The position numbers and the translations under genes were made by a program. 64,000 bases of DNA from Moniliella sp. 'wahieum'. Its lineage: Eukaryota. The first letter of the stretch is position 1. Every line of letters starts with the position of its first letter. The stretch is from contig RSEE01000044.1 in NCBI GenBank assembly GCA_003971905.1, positions 62,001-126,000 on the forward strand, in the 5' to 3' direction. The notes under the pieces were generated by a model. It was not told the DNA's origin, searched no databases, and saw nothing but the letters and a program-made list of their open reading frames with translations. Below, in pieces: positions 63,726 to 64,000 of the stretch.

Positions 63726-64000
63726 GCTGGGCAGGATGGACAAATGGTCCCGATAGGATGGGCAGGGCTGGGAGGAGAAGGAGAAGGAGGAGATGCGAGA
63801 GGTGTTGATGGTGGTCGACCAGACCGGTGGGCGTCGGGCAGAAGTAGACAATGGAATGGAAGGACGCGCCAAAGGAGGCTGGAGCAGCACGGCGTGCGGC
63901 GGGTACTGGCGCCATGCCGCAGAGGGGCGGGGCAGCAGCGGGGACCAGCCATCGACTGTGCGTCCCGGCCGAGCGCGAGCTGCTGCTGCCGTGGCGGCGC

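Noticed and set aside
1..64000. Autonomous transposable element
   Set aside because: No reverse transcriptase, integrase, transposase, LTR or TIR signature was recognised.

Overview
Gene-dense eukaryotic window from a fungus. It is almost certainly a basidiomycete and, by inference from the few short GT-AG introns with CTGAC/CTAAC branch points and the intron-free eIF4A and RPL16 coding regions, possibly Ustilaginomycotina-like. Nearly every gene, including essential ones, is broken by single-base indels, which points to an unpolished long-read assembly, so gene models were stitched across frames by eye and boundaries are approximate. Contents in order: degenerate tRNA-like element; KRE6/SKN1-type GH16; a GH16-like + acyltransferase-3 fusion; frequenin/NCS-1; division-I chitin synthase; Mis13/Dsn1-like kinetochore protein; GT32 (Och1-like) glycosyltransferase; Spo71-like PH protein; sulfide:quinone oxidoreductase; NADPH-cytochrome P450 reductase with a large internal segment missing; a gene with two tandem Csr1-like CRAL-TRIO modules; makorin-like RING-CCCH protein; a divergent pair of Zn alcohol dehydrogenase paralogues; PhnP-type metallo-beta-lactamase; head-to-head RPL16/RPL32; ORMDL; an intron-containing tRNA; a putative secreted alpha/beta hydrolase; eIF4A; a divergent thioredoxin reductase; and a hypothetical protein. 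The best leads are (1) the GH16-acyltransferase fusion inside a cell-wall gene neighbourhood, a candidate glucan O-acylation system; (2) the double CRAL-TRIO gene; (3) the P450 reductase deletion; and (4) a recurring vocabulary of clustered short motifs (ATCGAT, AACGTT, CTGAG, GTGAC) seen in intergenic DNA. No database searches were run; family calls rest on recognised motifs.
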